NCBI GenBank assembly: GCA_005883615.1
Contig: VBEC01000014.1
Span: forward strand, 48,497 to 112,496
From: Chloroflexota bacterium
GTDB lineage: Bacteria > Chloroflexota > Limnocylindria > Limnocylindrales > CSP1-4
DNA: 64,000 bases
Direction: 5' to 3'
The position numbers were made by a program, and so were the translations under genes. Positions 19,468 through 28,752 of the stretch are shown here, piece by piece (positions within the stretch are counted from its first letter, which is position 1; each line of letters starts with the position of its first letter). A model generated the notes under the pieces. The model saw nothing but the letters and a program-made list of their open reading frames with translations. It was not told where the DNA came from and searched no databases.

Positions 19468-22434
19468 CTAGGGCAGTCGCACGCTGGGCGGATCGACTGG
19501 TGTCGGCTCCTGGAGCGAGAATTCCGCGGCAAGCGCGAGGCCTTCGGCGGCCGTGGCGATGCGATCCCGACCGGTCCGCTTCGCGACGAAGCAGGCGCGA
19601 TCCGCGGCCAGCAGCATCTGGGGCGCGCCGGCGCCGTCGGCGGGGTATGTCGCCACGCCGATCGAGGCTGTGACGCCCAGGCCTTCGCTCGCCCACTGCG
19701 TCCCAGGCCCGCCCACGCTGTGCACAGCCGCCCGAACCTTGCCGGCCACCTGGAGCGCGCCCGCGGCATCCGTGCCCGACAGGATCAGGGCAATCTCGTC
19801 GCCGCCATACCGGAAAACGTGATCCGAGTCGCGGCCCGCGGCCACGATCGAGCGCGAGATTTCGGACAGCAGCCGGTCGCCCGCCTGGTGGCCCAGGGCA
19901 TCGTTCACCGCCTTGAAGTCGTCGAGGTCCAGCATGATCAGGCTGAACACCTCGTCCGTCGCGACGCTGCGCTCGAGCCAGTCTCGGAAGCTTCCGTGAT
20001 TGAGCAGCCCCGTGAGGTCATCGGTCCTGGCGCGGACCTCGACCGCGCTGTGCGCCTCGGCGTTCTGGAGCGCGATCGAGACCTGTGCGGCGAACAGCTT
20101 CACCAGCTCGAACTCGCTGTCTTCGAACCGGTTGTTCACCCCCAGGCGCTCGAGGGTCAGCACCCCGGTGGCGCCTTCGCGGCCCCGCAGGGGTACGCAG
20201 ATGAGACTTCCGTGCTGTGGCTCGACATCGCGGAACAGGTTGACCCGCGGGTCCGCCAGCTGGTCGACGACCAATTGCGGCTCGTTGTGCTCGACGACCC
20301 ACGTCGCCAGTCCGGTCTCGCCCGGCTCCCATGGCTGCAGGTACTGAGCAGCGTGCATGCCGAGCGCCGTCAGCGGCTTGAGCAACCCCGCCCGGTCGAC
20401 GACCTCGATGGCGATGCTGTCGTACATCACGAGCTGCCCGAGTCGCTCCGTGATCTGGTCGAGGATGGCTCGCGGGTCGAGCGTCGCGAGGATGGATTCG
20501 GTGACTTCGAGCAGGTCGGCCTGTGAGCGGAGCTGCCGCTCGAGGGCTGCCGACTTCTGGCTCAGCCGCTCGGTCGCATCGGCATTGGCCATGGCCTGTG
20601 CGGCGAAGCTGGCGTAGATCACGAGCAGTCGCAGGTCGTCGTCGCTGAACTGGTGAAGGCCCAGCTTCGCGAGCACCAGGACGCCCAGCACCTGGTCCTC
20701 GAAGAGCATTGGGGCGAGGAGCATGGACTCCTCCAGGTTCTCCTCCGTCCCCGGGATGGTGCTGGCCCGCGGATCGCTGGCCGCGTCGGGAAGATTCTGG
20801 GCCTGCTTGTTCGCCGCCACCCAGCCGGTGATGCCGTGTCCCACCTTGATTCGTAGTTGCTCGGGCGTCTCATCCACGTACTCTCCCACCTGACCCTGCA
20901 TGGCAACCGGGATCAGGTCGTCCCCGTACAGGCGGTAGACACGGACGTTGTGGTAGTCGAGCAGCTGCCGCAGCTCGGTTGCGATCGCCAGCCCGATTTC
21001 GTGGACGCTGGTGAGCCGGTTGAGCCGCGCTCCGAGCTGTTGAATGGATTGGAGCTGGGCAGCCCACGTCGCCATCTGCGTGTAGTTCTGGGCGGTCTTG
21101 ATCGCCACGCCCGCCTGGGTTGCGAGCGCCGCCAGCGTGTCGAGCTCGTCGTCGGTCCACTCACGAGGCCGGTCGTGGTAGATGTTGAGCAGGCCCAGCA
21201 GCTCGGTGCCGTCGAAGAGCGGCGCCGTGCAGACCGTGTCGAAGCCCTCCTGCACGACGGCGGCGCGGACACCCGAGCCGCGCGGGTCATCCCGATAGTT
21301 CCTCGCGAACATCGGTCGCCGAGCCTTCACGGCCATGGCGGGCAAGGACGGCTCCGGGAAATCGCGAACGGAGGCCAGGTACCTGCCGGACAGGCGACGG
21401 GTGACCGCCGCCACGAGTTGGCCATCTCGCTGGCGGAGCATGATCGCGGCGCGGTCGCCCCCGAACAGCACCATCGCGTGGTCGACCAGGCCGGCCAGGA
21501 TCTGTTCGAGGTCCAGCTTGCTGCCGATGTCCTCGGCCACTCGACGCAGTGCATCAAGTCGGTGCACCTGCTGGATCGCCTCGTCGAGAAGGCGTGAGCG
21601 TTCGACAAGGCCGGCCAGCTGGCGGGCTGCCACGGACAGCAGCTCGACATCGTGCCCGCTCATCGTTGCCGGGCGATCGCCGATCGCGAGCAGCACGCCC
21701 CAGGTCCCGGTGCGGCCTTCGATCGGGATCGCGATCTCCGGACCGGCCACCGCCAGCATGGGTTGTGGCCGCGACGCGCCGGTCACCGCATCGGACCGGA
21801 CGGGTTGCCCGCTCGTCAGCGCAAGGCCGGCCGTCCCGAATCCAACAGGCAGGTCGGACAGCCTGGTGGTTGGGTTGGACGAGGCAACCGCCCGGGTCAC
21901 GAGAAGCTCGTCGCGGACTTCGAGCACGGCTACCAGGCTGTGCAGGTAGGCCTCCCTGAGCAGCCGTACCACCACATTCAGGGTGGAGTCGAGATCCGCG
22001 TCGTGGGTCGTGGCCTCGGCCAACTCCCCGAGGACCCGAAGGTCTAGTCGGTGTCGCTCGTCGTCGAAGAGCCCGGCGCCAGGATGCCCTCCCGCCGCGG
22101 ATGGACGATTGACGGTCCGACGCCGGGCCGCGGCGTGAAAGTCTGAGATGGTCGCTTTGTGCCGCGGTGTGCCTGCCGTCGCCGCCGCGAGCGAGCCGGA
22201 AGCGGCCTGGACGTCGTCCACGGCACCGCCTGCTGCGGACTCGAGAAATCGCTGCAGGTCGCCCAGGCGGTAGCGTCGATCGCCTCGCGGATTGATCCGG
22301 TAGTAGCGCAGGCGCCCTTGATCGCTCCAGGAGCGGATGGTGTTCGGGTGAACGCCGAGCAGTCGCGCCGCTTTCGTCACCGACAGCGTGGCATCGACCG
22401 GACGAATTGGCAGGATGGTCGTCACGACACTCAT
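19468..22434 (-). CDS. Multidomain signalling protein: N-terminal MerR/excisionase-type HTH, multiple GAF domains, C-terminal GGDEF diguanylate cyclase
   Basis: N-term LSVTKAARLLGVHPNTIRSWSDQGRLRYYR (HTH_17-like). Three to four GAF-like blocks. C-term GGDEF with the RYGGDEIA active motif and an upstream RxxD-like region. 988 aa. Confidence 0.85.
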   Translation of the reverse strand: MSVVTTILPIRPVDATLSVTKAARLLGVHPNTIRSWSDQGRLRYYRINPRGDRRYRLGDLQRFLESAAGGAVDDVQAASGSLAAATAGTPRHKATISDFHAAARRRTVNRPSAAGGHPGAGLFDDERHRLDLRVLGELAEATTHDADLDSTLNVVVRLLREAYLHSLVAVLEVRDELLVTRAVASSNPTTRLSDLPVGFGTAGLALTSGQPVRSDAVTGASRPQPMLAVAGPEIAIPIEGRTGTWGVLLAIGDRPATMSGHDVELLSVAARQLAGLVERSRLLDEAIQQVHRLDALRRVAEDIGSKLDLEQILAGLVDHAMVLFGGDRAAIMLRQRDGQLVAAVTRRLSGRYLASVRDFPEPSLPAMAVKARRPMFARNYRDDPRGSGVRAAVVQEGFDTVCTAPLFDGTELLGLLNIYHDRPREWTDDELDTLAALATQAGVAIKTAQNYTQMATWAAQLQSIQQLGARLNRLTSVHEIGLAIATELRQLLDYHNVRVYRLYGDDLIPVAMQGQVGEYVDETPEQLRIKVGHGITGWVAANKQAQNLPDAASDPRASTIPGTEENLEESMLLAPMLFEDQVLGVLVLAKLGLHQFSDDDLRLLVIYASFAAQAMANADATERLSQKSAALERQLRSQADLLEVTESILATLDPRAILDQITERLGQLVMYDSIAIEVVDRAGLLKPLTALGMHAAQYLQPWEPGETGLATWVVEHNEPQLVVDQLADPRVNLFRDVEPQHGSLICVPLRGREGATGVLTLERLGVNNRFEDSEFELVKLFAAQVSIALQNAEAHSAVEVRARTDDLTGLLNHGSFRDWLERSVATDEVFSLIMLDLDDFKAVNDALGHQAGDRLLSEISRSIVAAGRDSDHVFRYGGDEIALILSGTDAAGALQVAGKVRAAVHSVGGPGTQWASEGLGVTASIGVATYPADGAGAPQMLLAADRACFVAKRTGRDRIATAAEGLALAAEFSLQEPTPVDPPSVRLP

Positions 22435-22574
22435 GGAGGAAATGTGAAGTCGATCCCCGAGAGGCTAGGCAAGCTCACACTTCTTGCCAATAGGTCCAAA
22501 GTCCTGACGACGTTCGGTTCTGCTTTGGGATGCGAACCTCGCCGCTCGCCCCACCCGGTTCGGGGCGGCAGGAC

Positions 22575-23405
22575 TCAATGCAGTCGGGGATCGCACGCCC
22601 GAAGCGATGGCAAGGGATCGAAGGAGTCGAGGCGCCTTGTTCGCCCGCCGTAGCTGACGGCGATGAGGAATGGCGCACGCAACTCGAAATGAAGATGGGG
22701 GATCGTCTCGGCGGCGTTGCCCGATCGGCCGGTCCAGCCGACGACCTGGCCGCGGTGGACGACGTCGCCGACGGCGACCGCCAGGCGGGACAGGTGAGCG
22801 GCGATCGAGCGATAACCGAGGCTCGTGCCTTCGCTGCTCTGGATCACCACCACGTTGCCATAGCGGCTCGGCAGCCATGGCCGCCAGATGTGCGCGGGAT
22901 CGACCACGGTTCCATCGAACGAGGCGAGGACCGGCGTTCCGAGGGCGACCTGGAGGTCGACCCCGTCATGGGCGCGCAGCAAGACGCCCGTCGACGTCAC
23001 CCCCCGGATCTCGTTGTACCAGTAGGGTCTGTCGACCCGCGGAACGAGCCAGCCGTCGCCATACCGGTAACGCGCAGCCGCCGGGAGCGGAAAGACCATG
23101 GGCACAACCGTTGCCCGTGGACGGAATCCGATTGCAGACACCGGCGCCGAGCCTGGGCTGGGGTTGGCCGTCGGGCTCGGAGACGCGCTCGCCTCGGGAG
23201 TCGCCGAAGCACGCGGCGTCGCGGACACCGCCAAACCGGCTGAGGCTGCAGCCGAGGCGCTGGCGCTGCTCGCGCCGACGGCATTCGCTGGGCTACCGGT
23301 CGACCGCAGGTAGGCGAAGCCCCCTGCGCCGATCACGACTACCGCGACAACCAGCGACGCCACCCACAGGAGCCTCCTTCTGCGGGCTGGCCTTTGGAAC
23401 CTCAT
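22575..23405 (-). CDS. M23 family metallopeptidase
   Basis: HDGVDL ... GRSGNAAETIPHLHFEL LytM motifs and an N-terminal signal anchor. Confidence 0.8.
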   Translation of the reverse strand: MRFQRPARRRRLLWVASLVVAVVVIGAGGFAYLRSTGSPANAVGASSASASAAASAGLAVSATPRASATPEASASPSPTANPSPGSAPVSAIGFRPRATVVPMVFPLPAAARYRYGDGWLVPRVDRPYWYNEIRGVTSTGVLLRAHDGVDLQVALGTPVLASFDGTVVDPAHIWRPWLPSRYGNVVVIQSSEGTSLGYRSIAAHLSRLAVAVGDVVHRGQVVGWTGRSGNAAETIPHLHFELRAPFLIAVSYGGRTRRLDSFDPLPSLRACDPRLH

Positions 23406-23406
23406 G

Positions 23407-23670
23407 TCAGCCGGGCGGCCGGGATCGGCGGCCCCGATCCGAAAGACGCACGTAGCTCAGTGTCAGGAGCACCGTCAGGCCGGCCAGACCGATCACGCCG
23501 AGGACCGCCTGAAGAGGCCGGCCGACGAGACCCGGCCCCTCACCTGCGCTGCGGGTGTCGCCGCCGTTGGGGCTCGGAGAGGGACTCGCCGCGAGGGCCA
23601 CACCTGGCGCGAGCGGCAGGGGTCCCGCCGGATATGGTCGCGCCGCGAGGAGCACCACGACCACCGCCAT
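23407..23670 (-). CDS. Small membrane protein (hypothetical)
   Basis: Two predicted TM helices. Its stop (TGA) sits 1 nt before the ATG of the M23 peptidase (TGAcATG), suggesting translational coupling. Start chosen at the internal ATG (MAVVVVLL). Confidence 0.4.
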   Translation of the reverse strand: MAVVVVLLAARPYPAGPLPLAPGVALAASPSPSPNGGDTRSAGEGPGLVGRPLQAVLGVIGLAGLTVLLTLSYVRLSDRGRRSRPPG

Positions 23671-23705
23671 CAGCGCAGCCGGCAGGACTGCCCGGACCGG
23701 CCCGC

Positions 23706-24434
23706 TCAGCCGGGCGCTCCGCGGAAACTGGCGAGCAGCGCCCAGGCGAGACCGGTGCCGGCGACCAGCACGCCTGCGACCAGCAGCGACGAGGCCGTCC
23801 ACGACCGACGCCGATCGCCGCCGGCCAGGATGCGCATCGCCTCGGGCACCTCGAGCGTGGTCAGCACGAGGGGCCTGCCGTCACCAGCGCCGACTCTGGG
23901 TGTCCCATCGAGGTCGAGCCGCGGAACGCCCACCGCGATGGCGTGCTCGACCGACGACACTTGTTCGATGCGCAGGCGCACAGGCGTCTCGGGCGGCGTC
24001 CCGTCGGGCACTCGTTCCGGCGCTTCTGCGGCCGTCCCGATGGATTCCCGTGGCACGACCACGATCCCCTCGCCAAGGTCCCCAGTGGCGACAGCGATCG
24101 CAGCCAGCCCATCGCGGATCTCGAAGTCGACCGCCTCGACCTGCTCGTCGAGGGTTTGCCAGCGTCCCTCGCGCTGCATCTCGAGCACCTGGCGGCGCCA
24201 GACAAGGGGCCGGTGGTACTCATCCTCGAACTCATCCACCGAGTCGATCCGGCCCGCGATCCGGACCTGCACTGCGGCGCCGGACCGGGCATCGGCGAGG
24301 GCGCGGTCGATGGAGACAGCCGGTGCGGCCGCAAGAATCCGACCGATGCGATAGCCGGCGCCGAACGTGCGAAGGACCAGGATGCCGGCGCCGACCGAGC
24401 ACGCGCCGATCGCGATCAGAAGGATGGGGATCAC
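23706..24434 (-). CDS. Hypothetical bitopic membrane protein
   Basis: Putative GTG start immediately before TM1 (IPILLIAIGACSVGAGILVL), a soluble acidic middle domain and a C-terminal TM. No recognisable motif. Confidence 0.4.
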   Translation of the reverse strand: MIPILLIAIGACSVGAGILVLRTFGAGYRIGRILAAAPAVSIDRALADARSGAAVQVRIAGRIDSVDEFEDEYHRPLVWRRQVLEMQREGRWQTLDEQVEAVDFEIRDGLAAIAVATGDLGEGIVVVPRESIGTAAEAPERVPDGTPPETPVRLRIEQVSSVEHAIAVGVPRLDLDGTPRVGAGDGRPLVLTTLEVPEAMRILAGGDRRRSWTASSLLVAGVLVAGTGLAWALLASFRGAPG

Positions 24435-24607
24435 CCGGCGATCATAGTCCCGGGGCTCTCGAAGCCCGAATCGCGCGGGGCATGAAAGGGCCCGAAGGAA
24501 CCTCCACGAAGCGTGGGCGTTGATGCGATCTCCGCCGTTAGCATTCGCTCGGCCCCTCCGGGCTGGGAACCACGTTAGCGGGCGGGGCGACCACCCGTCA
24601 ATGCGGA

Positions 24608-24646
24608 TTGTCCACGAGATTCGTGGCCTCCGGCGAACTTGTCCAC
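24608..24646. promoter_or_regulatory. Candidate operator: 15-nt palindrome CCACGAgatTCGTGG embedded in two direct TTGTCCAC repeats
   Basis: Seen in the 245-nt intergenic region upstream of the membrane-protein / M23 peptidase operon (minus strand). Confidence 0.3.
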
Positions 24647-24679
24647 AACGCGTCCCCGTTGCTCCATGCATCCCGCTGG

Positions 24680-25250
24680 CTCAATCCGACGGGCGGCCGG
24701 TCCTGGCATCGAGCGCGACCCGGTCCCCGCGGTAGCTCGTCAGGATGAGCTGTCCCCCGACGAGCTGTGCTTCCGTCACCACATCGGAGTGAGCGACCCG
24801 CCAGACGACGTCGCCCGACGCGTCGATCGCAAACGTCTCGATCTCCGCCTGGATCAGAACGTGGTCCAGCCGAGGCGAGCCGAACACCGCCAGGATCGGA
24901 GTCCCGGATCGATGGCTCCACCGCAACGTTCCGATTCGGGCCTCGAGCCCATATGTCAGGAAGCCGTAGGCGACGACCAGCAGGCCGGCCGTGTCCCACG
25001 CGATGCCGGCCGGCTCATCGAAGATGGGCGAGGCGAAGCGAACCGTCCACGATCCGACCGGGCCGTCGGCGCGGAGCTCGGCGCGACACAGGGCGGAGGG
25101 CTCCGACGACACCAGCTCCCCCAGATCGGTCAGGATCCCGCCGGCCTCCGAAAGAGCGAAGACCTCAGCTTCGCGGCCACTGCCTGCCCACCGGAATCGG
25201 GCGCGAAGGCCCCCTGGATACTGGACCACGGCGTCGTGGGCTGATGTCAC
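24680..25250 (-). CDS. Hypothetical protein (beta-rich, possible PQQ/beta-propeller-like repeat fragment)
   Basis: Protein-like composition in contrast to the Arg-rich ORFs on the opposite strand. GTG start. Downstream of ybaK on the same strand. Confidence 0.45.
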
Positions 25251-25340
25251 GAAAGGAGCCGGAACGCGGGGTCGGGCACTGGCGGATGCCCCCCTCTGAT
25301 TCCCGAGGCCCGTCCGCGAAGCGCTGAGGCGCGCGTCAGG

Positions 25341-25955
25341 TCAGGCGCCCGCACCCTGCGCGGCGGCCGGGCCGCCATGCCCCACGCCGGCGGCCGACTC
25401 GCCGGTGGCAACGGGGTTGGCCTGAGCGACACGATTGGCCGCGACCTGCTCCGGTCGGTCCTCGGCGATGGGGGCGACGACGGCGTTGGCCAGGGTTCGG
25501 AGAGTAGCAGGAGGAACTGGAAATACCGCCGTCGCGGTTCCGGCAGCCGCCCATACGACTTCGAACCGCCCCAGGTCCGGATCCATGATCACGCGCAGAG
25601 GCCTGGAGTGGCCGATTGGCGGGATCCCACCGATGCTGAAGCCGGTCAACTCATGGGCTTCGCGCGCAGTCGCCCGGCGAACCTCCGGCTCGGCCGTCAC
25701 CGCTGCCAGACGGCCCAGATCCACACGGTTCGGTCCGGAGACCAGGCAGATGATTGGCTCGAGTCCGCCGTCCTCGCCAGGCGCCACGAATACCACGGAC
25801 TTGACGATCTGGCCGAGGTGCGCGCCAACCGCCGCAGCAGCCTCATGTGCCGTGTGGGTCGACTCATCGAAGAATCGAATCCTGAGCTCGACGCCCTTGC
25901 GAGCGGCTGCCTCCAGCACCCGTTCGATGGTGGGCTGAAGCGGGAGCTCGGGCAC
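25341..25955 (-). CDS. YbaK/EbsC-type aminoacyl-tRNA deacylase domain protein
   Basis: FSIGGIPPIGH and KSVVFV motifs of the YbaK / ProX editing domain. Confidence 0.8.
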   Translation of the reverse strand: MPELPLQPTIERVLEAAARKGVELRIRFFDESTHTAHEAAAAVGAHLGQIVKSVVFVAPGEDGGLEPIICLVSGPNRVDLGRLAAVTAEPEVRRATAREAHELTGFSIGGIPPIGHSRPLRVIMDPDLGRFEVVWAAAGTATAVFPVPPATLRTLANAVVAPIAEDRPEQVAANRVAQANPVATGESAAGVGHGGPAAAQGAGA

Positions 25956-26059
25956 GGCCCGAGTCTAGCATGGGCGACCCTTCGCTCCGCCGCCCGCCGC
26001 ACGCCGCACGCCTCACAGTCGAGGACGAGCCAGCGACGAGCGAGCGGTACGATCGGCCG

Positions 26060-26710
26060 ATGCAGGCGATCCTGTTCGACTGGGATGGCACCCTCGTCGA
26101 TTCCCTGGGTACGCTCTACGACGCGAACGCCGCGGTGATGCAGGCCTTCGGCGTGCCGTTCGATCCCGACCTCTACCGCACTCACTATGCGCCCGACTGG
26201 CGGCTGATGTATCGCCGCCTGGGGATCGCCGCCGAGCGGCTTGATGAAGCCAATGAGCTGTGGCTGGCGAGCTATGACCGCGGCGCCGGCGCCATCATGT
26301 TTGCCGGGGTGAAGCCCGCGCTGCGACGTCTGAAGCGAGCCGGCCATCGCCTCGGGCTCGTCACCGCGGGCGACCGCGACATCGTCCTCCCGCAGTTGGA
26401 GCGCTTCGGCCTCGCCAACTTGCTCGAGGTGCGGGTCTTCGGCGACGACCTGCCGGTCCACAAGCCGGATCCGGCTCCGCTCAGTCGAGCGCTGGCCGAC
26501 GTGGGCCTCGCGGCCAGCCCGGCGCAGGCGGCGTATGTCGGCGACGCCCCGGACGACATGCGGATGGCCCGAACGGTGGGCACCCATGCAGTCGGTATCG
26601 CATCGTCCCTTGGAGATCCGGCAGCCCTTCGGGCTGCCGGAGCGCTAGAGGTGGCCGCGTCGGTGCCTGAGTGGGTGGCGGGCTACCTCGCCGACAGCTC
26701 GGCCGCCTGA
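26060..26710 (+). CDS. HAD-superfamily hydrolase (phosphoglycolate phosphatase-like)
   Basis: DWDGTLVDS motif I at the N-terminus and a later VGDAPDD motif IV. Start at the internal ATG 26060. Confidence 0.8.
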   Translation: MQAILFDWDGTLVDSLGTLYDANAAVMQAFGVPFDPDLYRTHYAPDWRLMYRRLGIAAERLDEANELWLASYDRGAGAIMFAGVKPALRRLKRAGHRLGLVTAGDRDIVLPQLERFGLANLLEVRVFGDDLPVHKPDPAPLSRALADVGLAASPAQAAYVGDAPDDMRMARTVGTHAVGIASSLGDPAALRAAGALEVAASVPEWVAGYLADSSAA

Positions 26711-26712
26711 GC

Positions 26713-27402
26713 CGCCTTCCCGTGGTTCACGCGGTCGTGGTCGCGGACGGGCACACGCCGGACCGAGCGGCGCTCGACCGCGCGTGGCCCGATTGGCAGA
26801 ACGGCGTCGTCCTTGTCGTGGCCGCCGATGCAGGTGCCGTGGGAGCCGAGGCACTCGGCCTCGCGATCGACCTCGTCGTCGGCGACGGCGACTCGCTTGG
26901 GCCAGCGGGAGTTGCTCGCTTTCGGGCTGCTGGTGTGGAGGTCCGACTCAGCCCGGCGGAGAAGGACGAATCCGATACCGAGCTCGCCATGCTGGCATGC
27001 CTCGACCGAGGAGCGAGGCGCATCACCCTGCTCGGTGCTTTCGGAGGCGAACGGCTGGATCACGCCGTCGCGAACCTCTCACTGTTGGCGATGCCGGAGC
27101 TGGAAGCGCTCGACGTCAGCGCGCTCGACGAGCGGTCGAGGGTCCGACTACTCCAGGCCGCTGGCAAGCCCGCAAGCCTCGCTCTGCCCGGCAGGGTCGG
27201 GGACCTCGTCTCCCTTCTGCCCTTCGGGGCCGGGGCAGACGACATCACGACCGAAGGCCTGGCTTATGGGTTGGAGGGCGAGCCGCTTCCATTCGGGCAC
27301 GTCCGCGGGCTCTCCAATGTGCGCTTGGCCGAGGTCGCCCACGTCCGCCTCGGCCGGGGCCGCCTGCTGGTGATCGAGTCGCCTGCTACGCTCTCGGAAT
27401 GA
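26713..27402 (+). CDS. Thiamine diphosphokinase
   Basis: VGDGDSL ... LGAFGGERLDH motifs of the TPK family. GTG start assumed. Confidence 0.7.
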   Translation, partial: RLPVVHAVVVADGHTPDRAALDRAWPDWQNGVVLVVAADAGAVGAEALGLAIDLVVGDGDSLGPAGVARFRAAGVEVRLSPAEKDESDTELAMLACLDRGARRITLLGAFGGERLDHAVANLSLLAMPELEALDVSALDERSRVRLLQAAGKPASLALPGRVGDLVSLLPFGAGADDITTEGLAYGLEGEPLPFGHVRGLSNVRLAEVAHVRLGRGRLLVIESPATLSE

Positions 27403-27914
27403 GCGAGGCAACCGGCGAGATCGCCGAGCCGCGGGTCCCCGTCGTGGGCGAAACAGCGCCGCCGGTCGCCCTTCCGGACGATCGCGGAGTGATCCACCGC
27501 CTGGAGGACCAGCGCGGCGAGTGGGTCCTCTTGTACTTCTACCCTGAGGACGACACGCCGGGCTGCACCACTGAGGCGTGCCAGTTCCGGGACGCCAACG
27601 CCACCATCGAGCAGGAGGGCGCGGCGGTCTGGGGGATAAGCCCGGACGGTGCCGCCAGTCACGCCGCCTTCCGCGCCAAGTTCGGCCTGCCGTTCACCCT
27701 GCTCTCGGACGAAGACCACGACGTCTCGACGCGCTATGGAGCCTGGCGCCTGCGCCATAACTACGGGCGCCAATACATGGGCATCCAGCGCTCGAGCTTC
27801 CTGATCGACCCGGACGGCCGCATCGCATACGCGTGGCCAAAGGTCAAGGCCGACGGACACGCCGCGGACGTCCTGGCGACCCTGGAGACCGCCAGGGCAG
27901 CTCGCACGTCCTGA
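27399..27914 (+). CDS. bcp: Thioredoxin-dependent thiol peroxidase (Bcp-type peroxiredoxin)
   Basis: ATGA overlap with the upstream gene. YFYPEDDTPGCTTEACQFRD peroxidatic Cys motif. Confidence 0.9.
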   Translation: MSEATGEIAEPRVPVVGETAPPVALPDDRGVIHRLEDQRGEWVLLYFYPEDDTPGCTTEACQFRDANATIEQEGAAVWGISPDGAASHAAFRAKFGLPFTLLSDEDHDVSTRYGAWRLRHNYGRQYMGIQRSSFLIDPDGRIAYAWPKVKADGHAADVLATLETARAARTS

Positions 27915-27940
27915 ACGCCGCTCGGTTTGGCGCCTGAGCT

Positions 27941-28717
27941 GTGACTTCGGGCGACGTTTCGACGGCGGCGAACGTTCATCACGCGTGGCGGCCCGACCGG
28001 TTCATGGTGATCGTGGCTCATCCCGACGACGCGGATTTCGGACCCGCGGCGACGGCCGCGAGCTGGATCGACGCGGGATCGACGGGCTGGCTGGTCTGCT
28101 GTACGAGCGGTGACGCGGGCGGTGAGGACCCCGCTCTCGATCCGCTCGATCTGGCAGCGTTGCGTGAAGTCGAGCAAGGACGCGCCGCGGAGGTCGTCGG
28201 CTACTCGGGGGTCACGTTCCTGCACCAGCCCGACGGTGCCCTTGCGAACGAGCTGCCGCTTCGAGAGCAACTCGTCCGCGAGATCCGCACGTTCCGGCCG
28301 GACGCGGTGCTGACCCATGATCCGGAGATGGTGTTCTGGTCAGATGGTGGGGTGAACCACACGGACCACCGGACGGCCGGGATGGCAGCCGTCGACGCCG
28401 TCTATCCAGCTGCGCGAAATCCGATGGCGTTTCCGTGGCTTGCCCGGTCAGGTCTCGACGCCCACCGGGTCCGCCGGCTCTACCTCTTCTGGACTGAACG
28501 CGCGAACACGTGGATAGACGTGTCCGCGACGATCACGCGAAAGGTGGACGCGCTCCGGGCGCACGCAAGCCAGATCAAGGAGCCCGAGCGCCTCGAGGCT
28601 CGCATCCGCGAATGGGCAGGCGAAGAGGGCAGGAAGATCGGCGTGCCAGCCGCGGAGGCGCTCCGCCTCGTCGTCATCGACGAGGACGAGGAGCACGAGG
28701 GGCCGACCGACTCCTGA
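27941..28717 (+). CDS. PIG-L/LmbE-family N-acetylglucosaminyl deacetylase
   Basis: VIVAHPDDADFG and HxDH motifs (NHTDHRTAG) of the LmbE family. Confidence 0.8.
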   Translation: MTSGDVSTAANVHHAWRPDRFMVIVAHPDDADFGPAATAASWIDAGSTGWLVCCTSGDAGGEDPALDPLDLAALREVEQGRAAEVVGYSGVTFLHQPDGALANELPLREQLVREIRTFRPDAVLTHDPEMVFWSDGGVNHTDHRTAGMAAVDAVYPAARNPMAFPWLARSGLDAHRVRRLYLFWTERANTWIDVSATITRKVDALRAHASQIKEPERLEARIREWAGEEGRKIGVPAAEALRLVVIDEDEEHEGPTDS

Positions 28718-28752
28718 GGCGGCCGCCTGCCCCTATTGGGGGGCGACCAGAG

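Noticed and set aside
19403-19696. N-terminal extension of the polysaccharide deacetylase ORF
   Set aside because: Arg-rich junk translation preceding an obvious signal-anchor start (MHTPPRRT).
19297-22434. Numerous plus-strand ORFs (19297..20526, 20857..21597, 21335..21949 and others) inside the GGDEF gene
   Set aside because: Antisense frames of a well-supported 988-aa multidomain gene.
22435-22574. Possible hairpin (GCCCCacccggttcGGGGC) in the leader of the GGDEF gene
   Set aside because: Short, imperfect 5-bp stem without a U-tract. Could be a weak terminator for the upstream M23 gene, but the evidence is too thin to call.
24639-25327. Plus-strand ORFs antisense to the 24680..25250 hypothetical gene
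   Set aside because: Highly Arg/Pro-rich translations. The minus-strand frame has balanced, protein-like composition.
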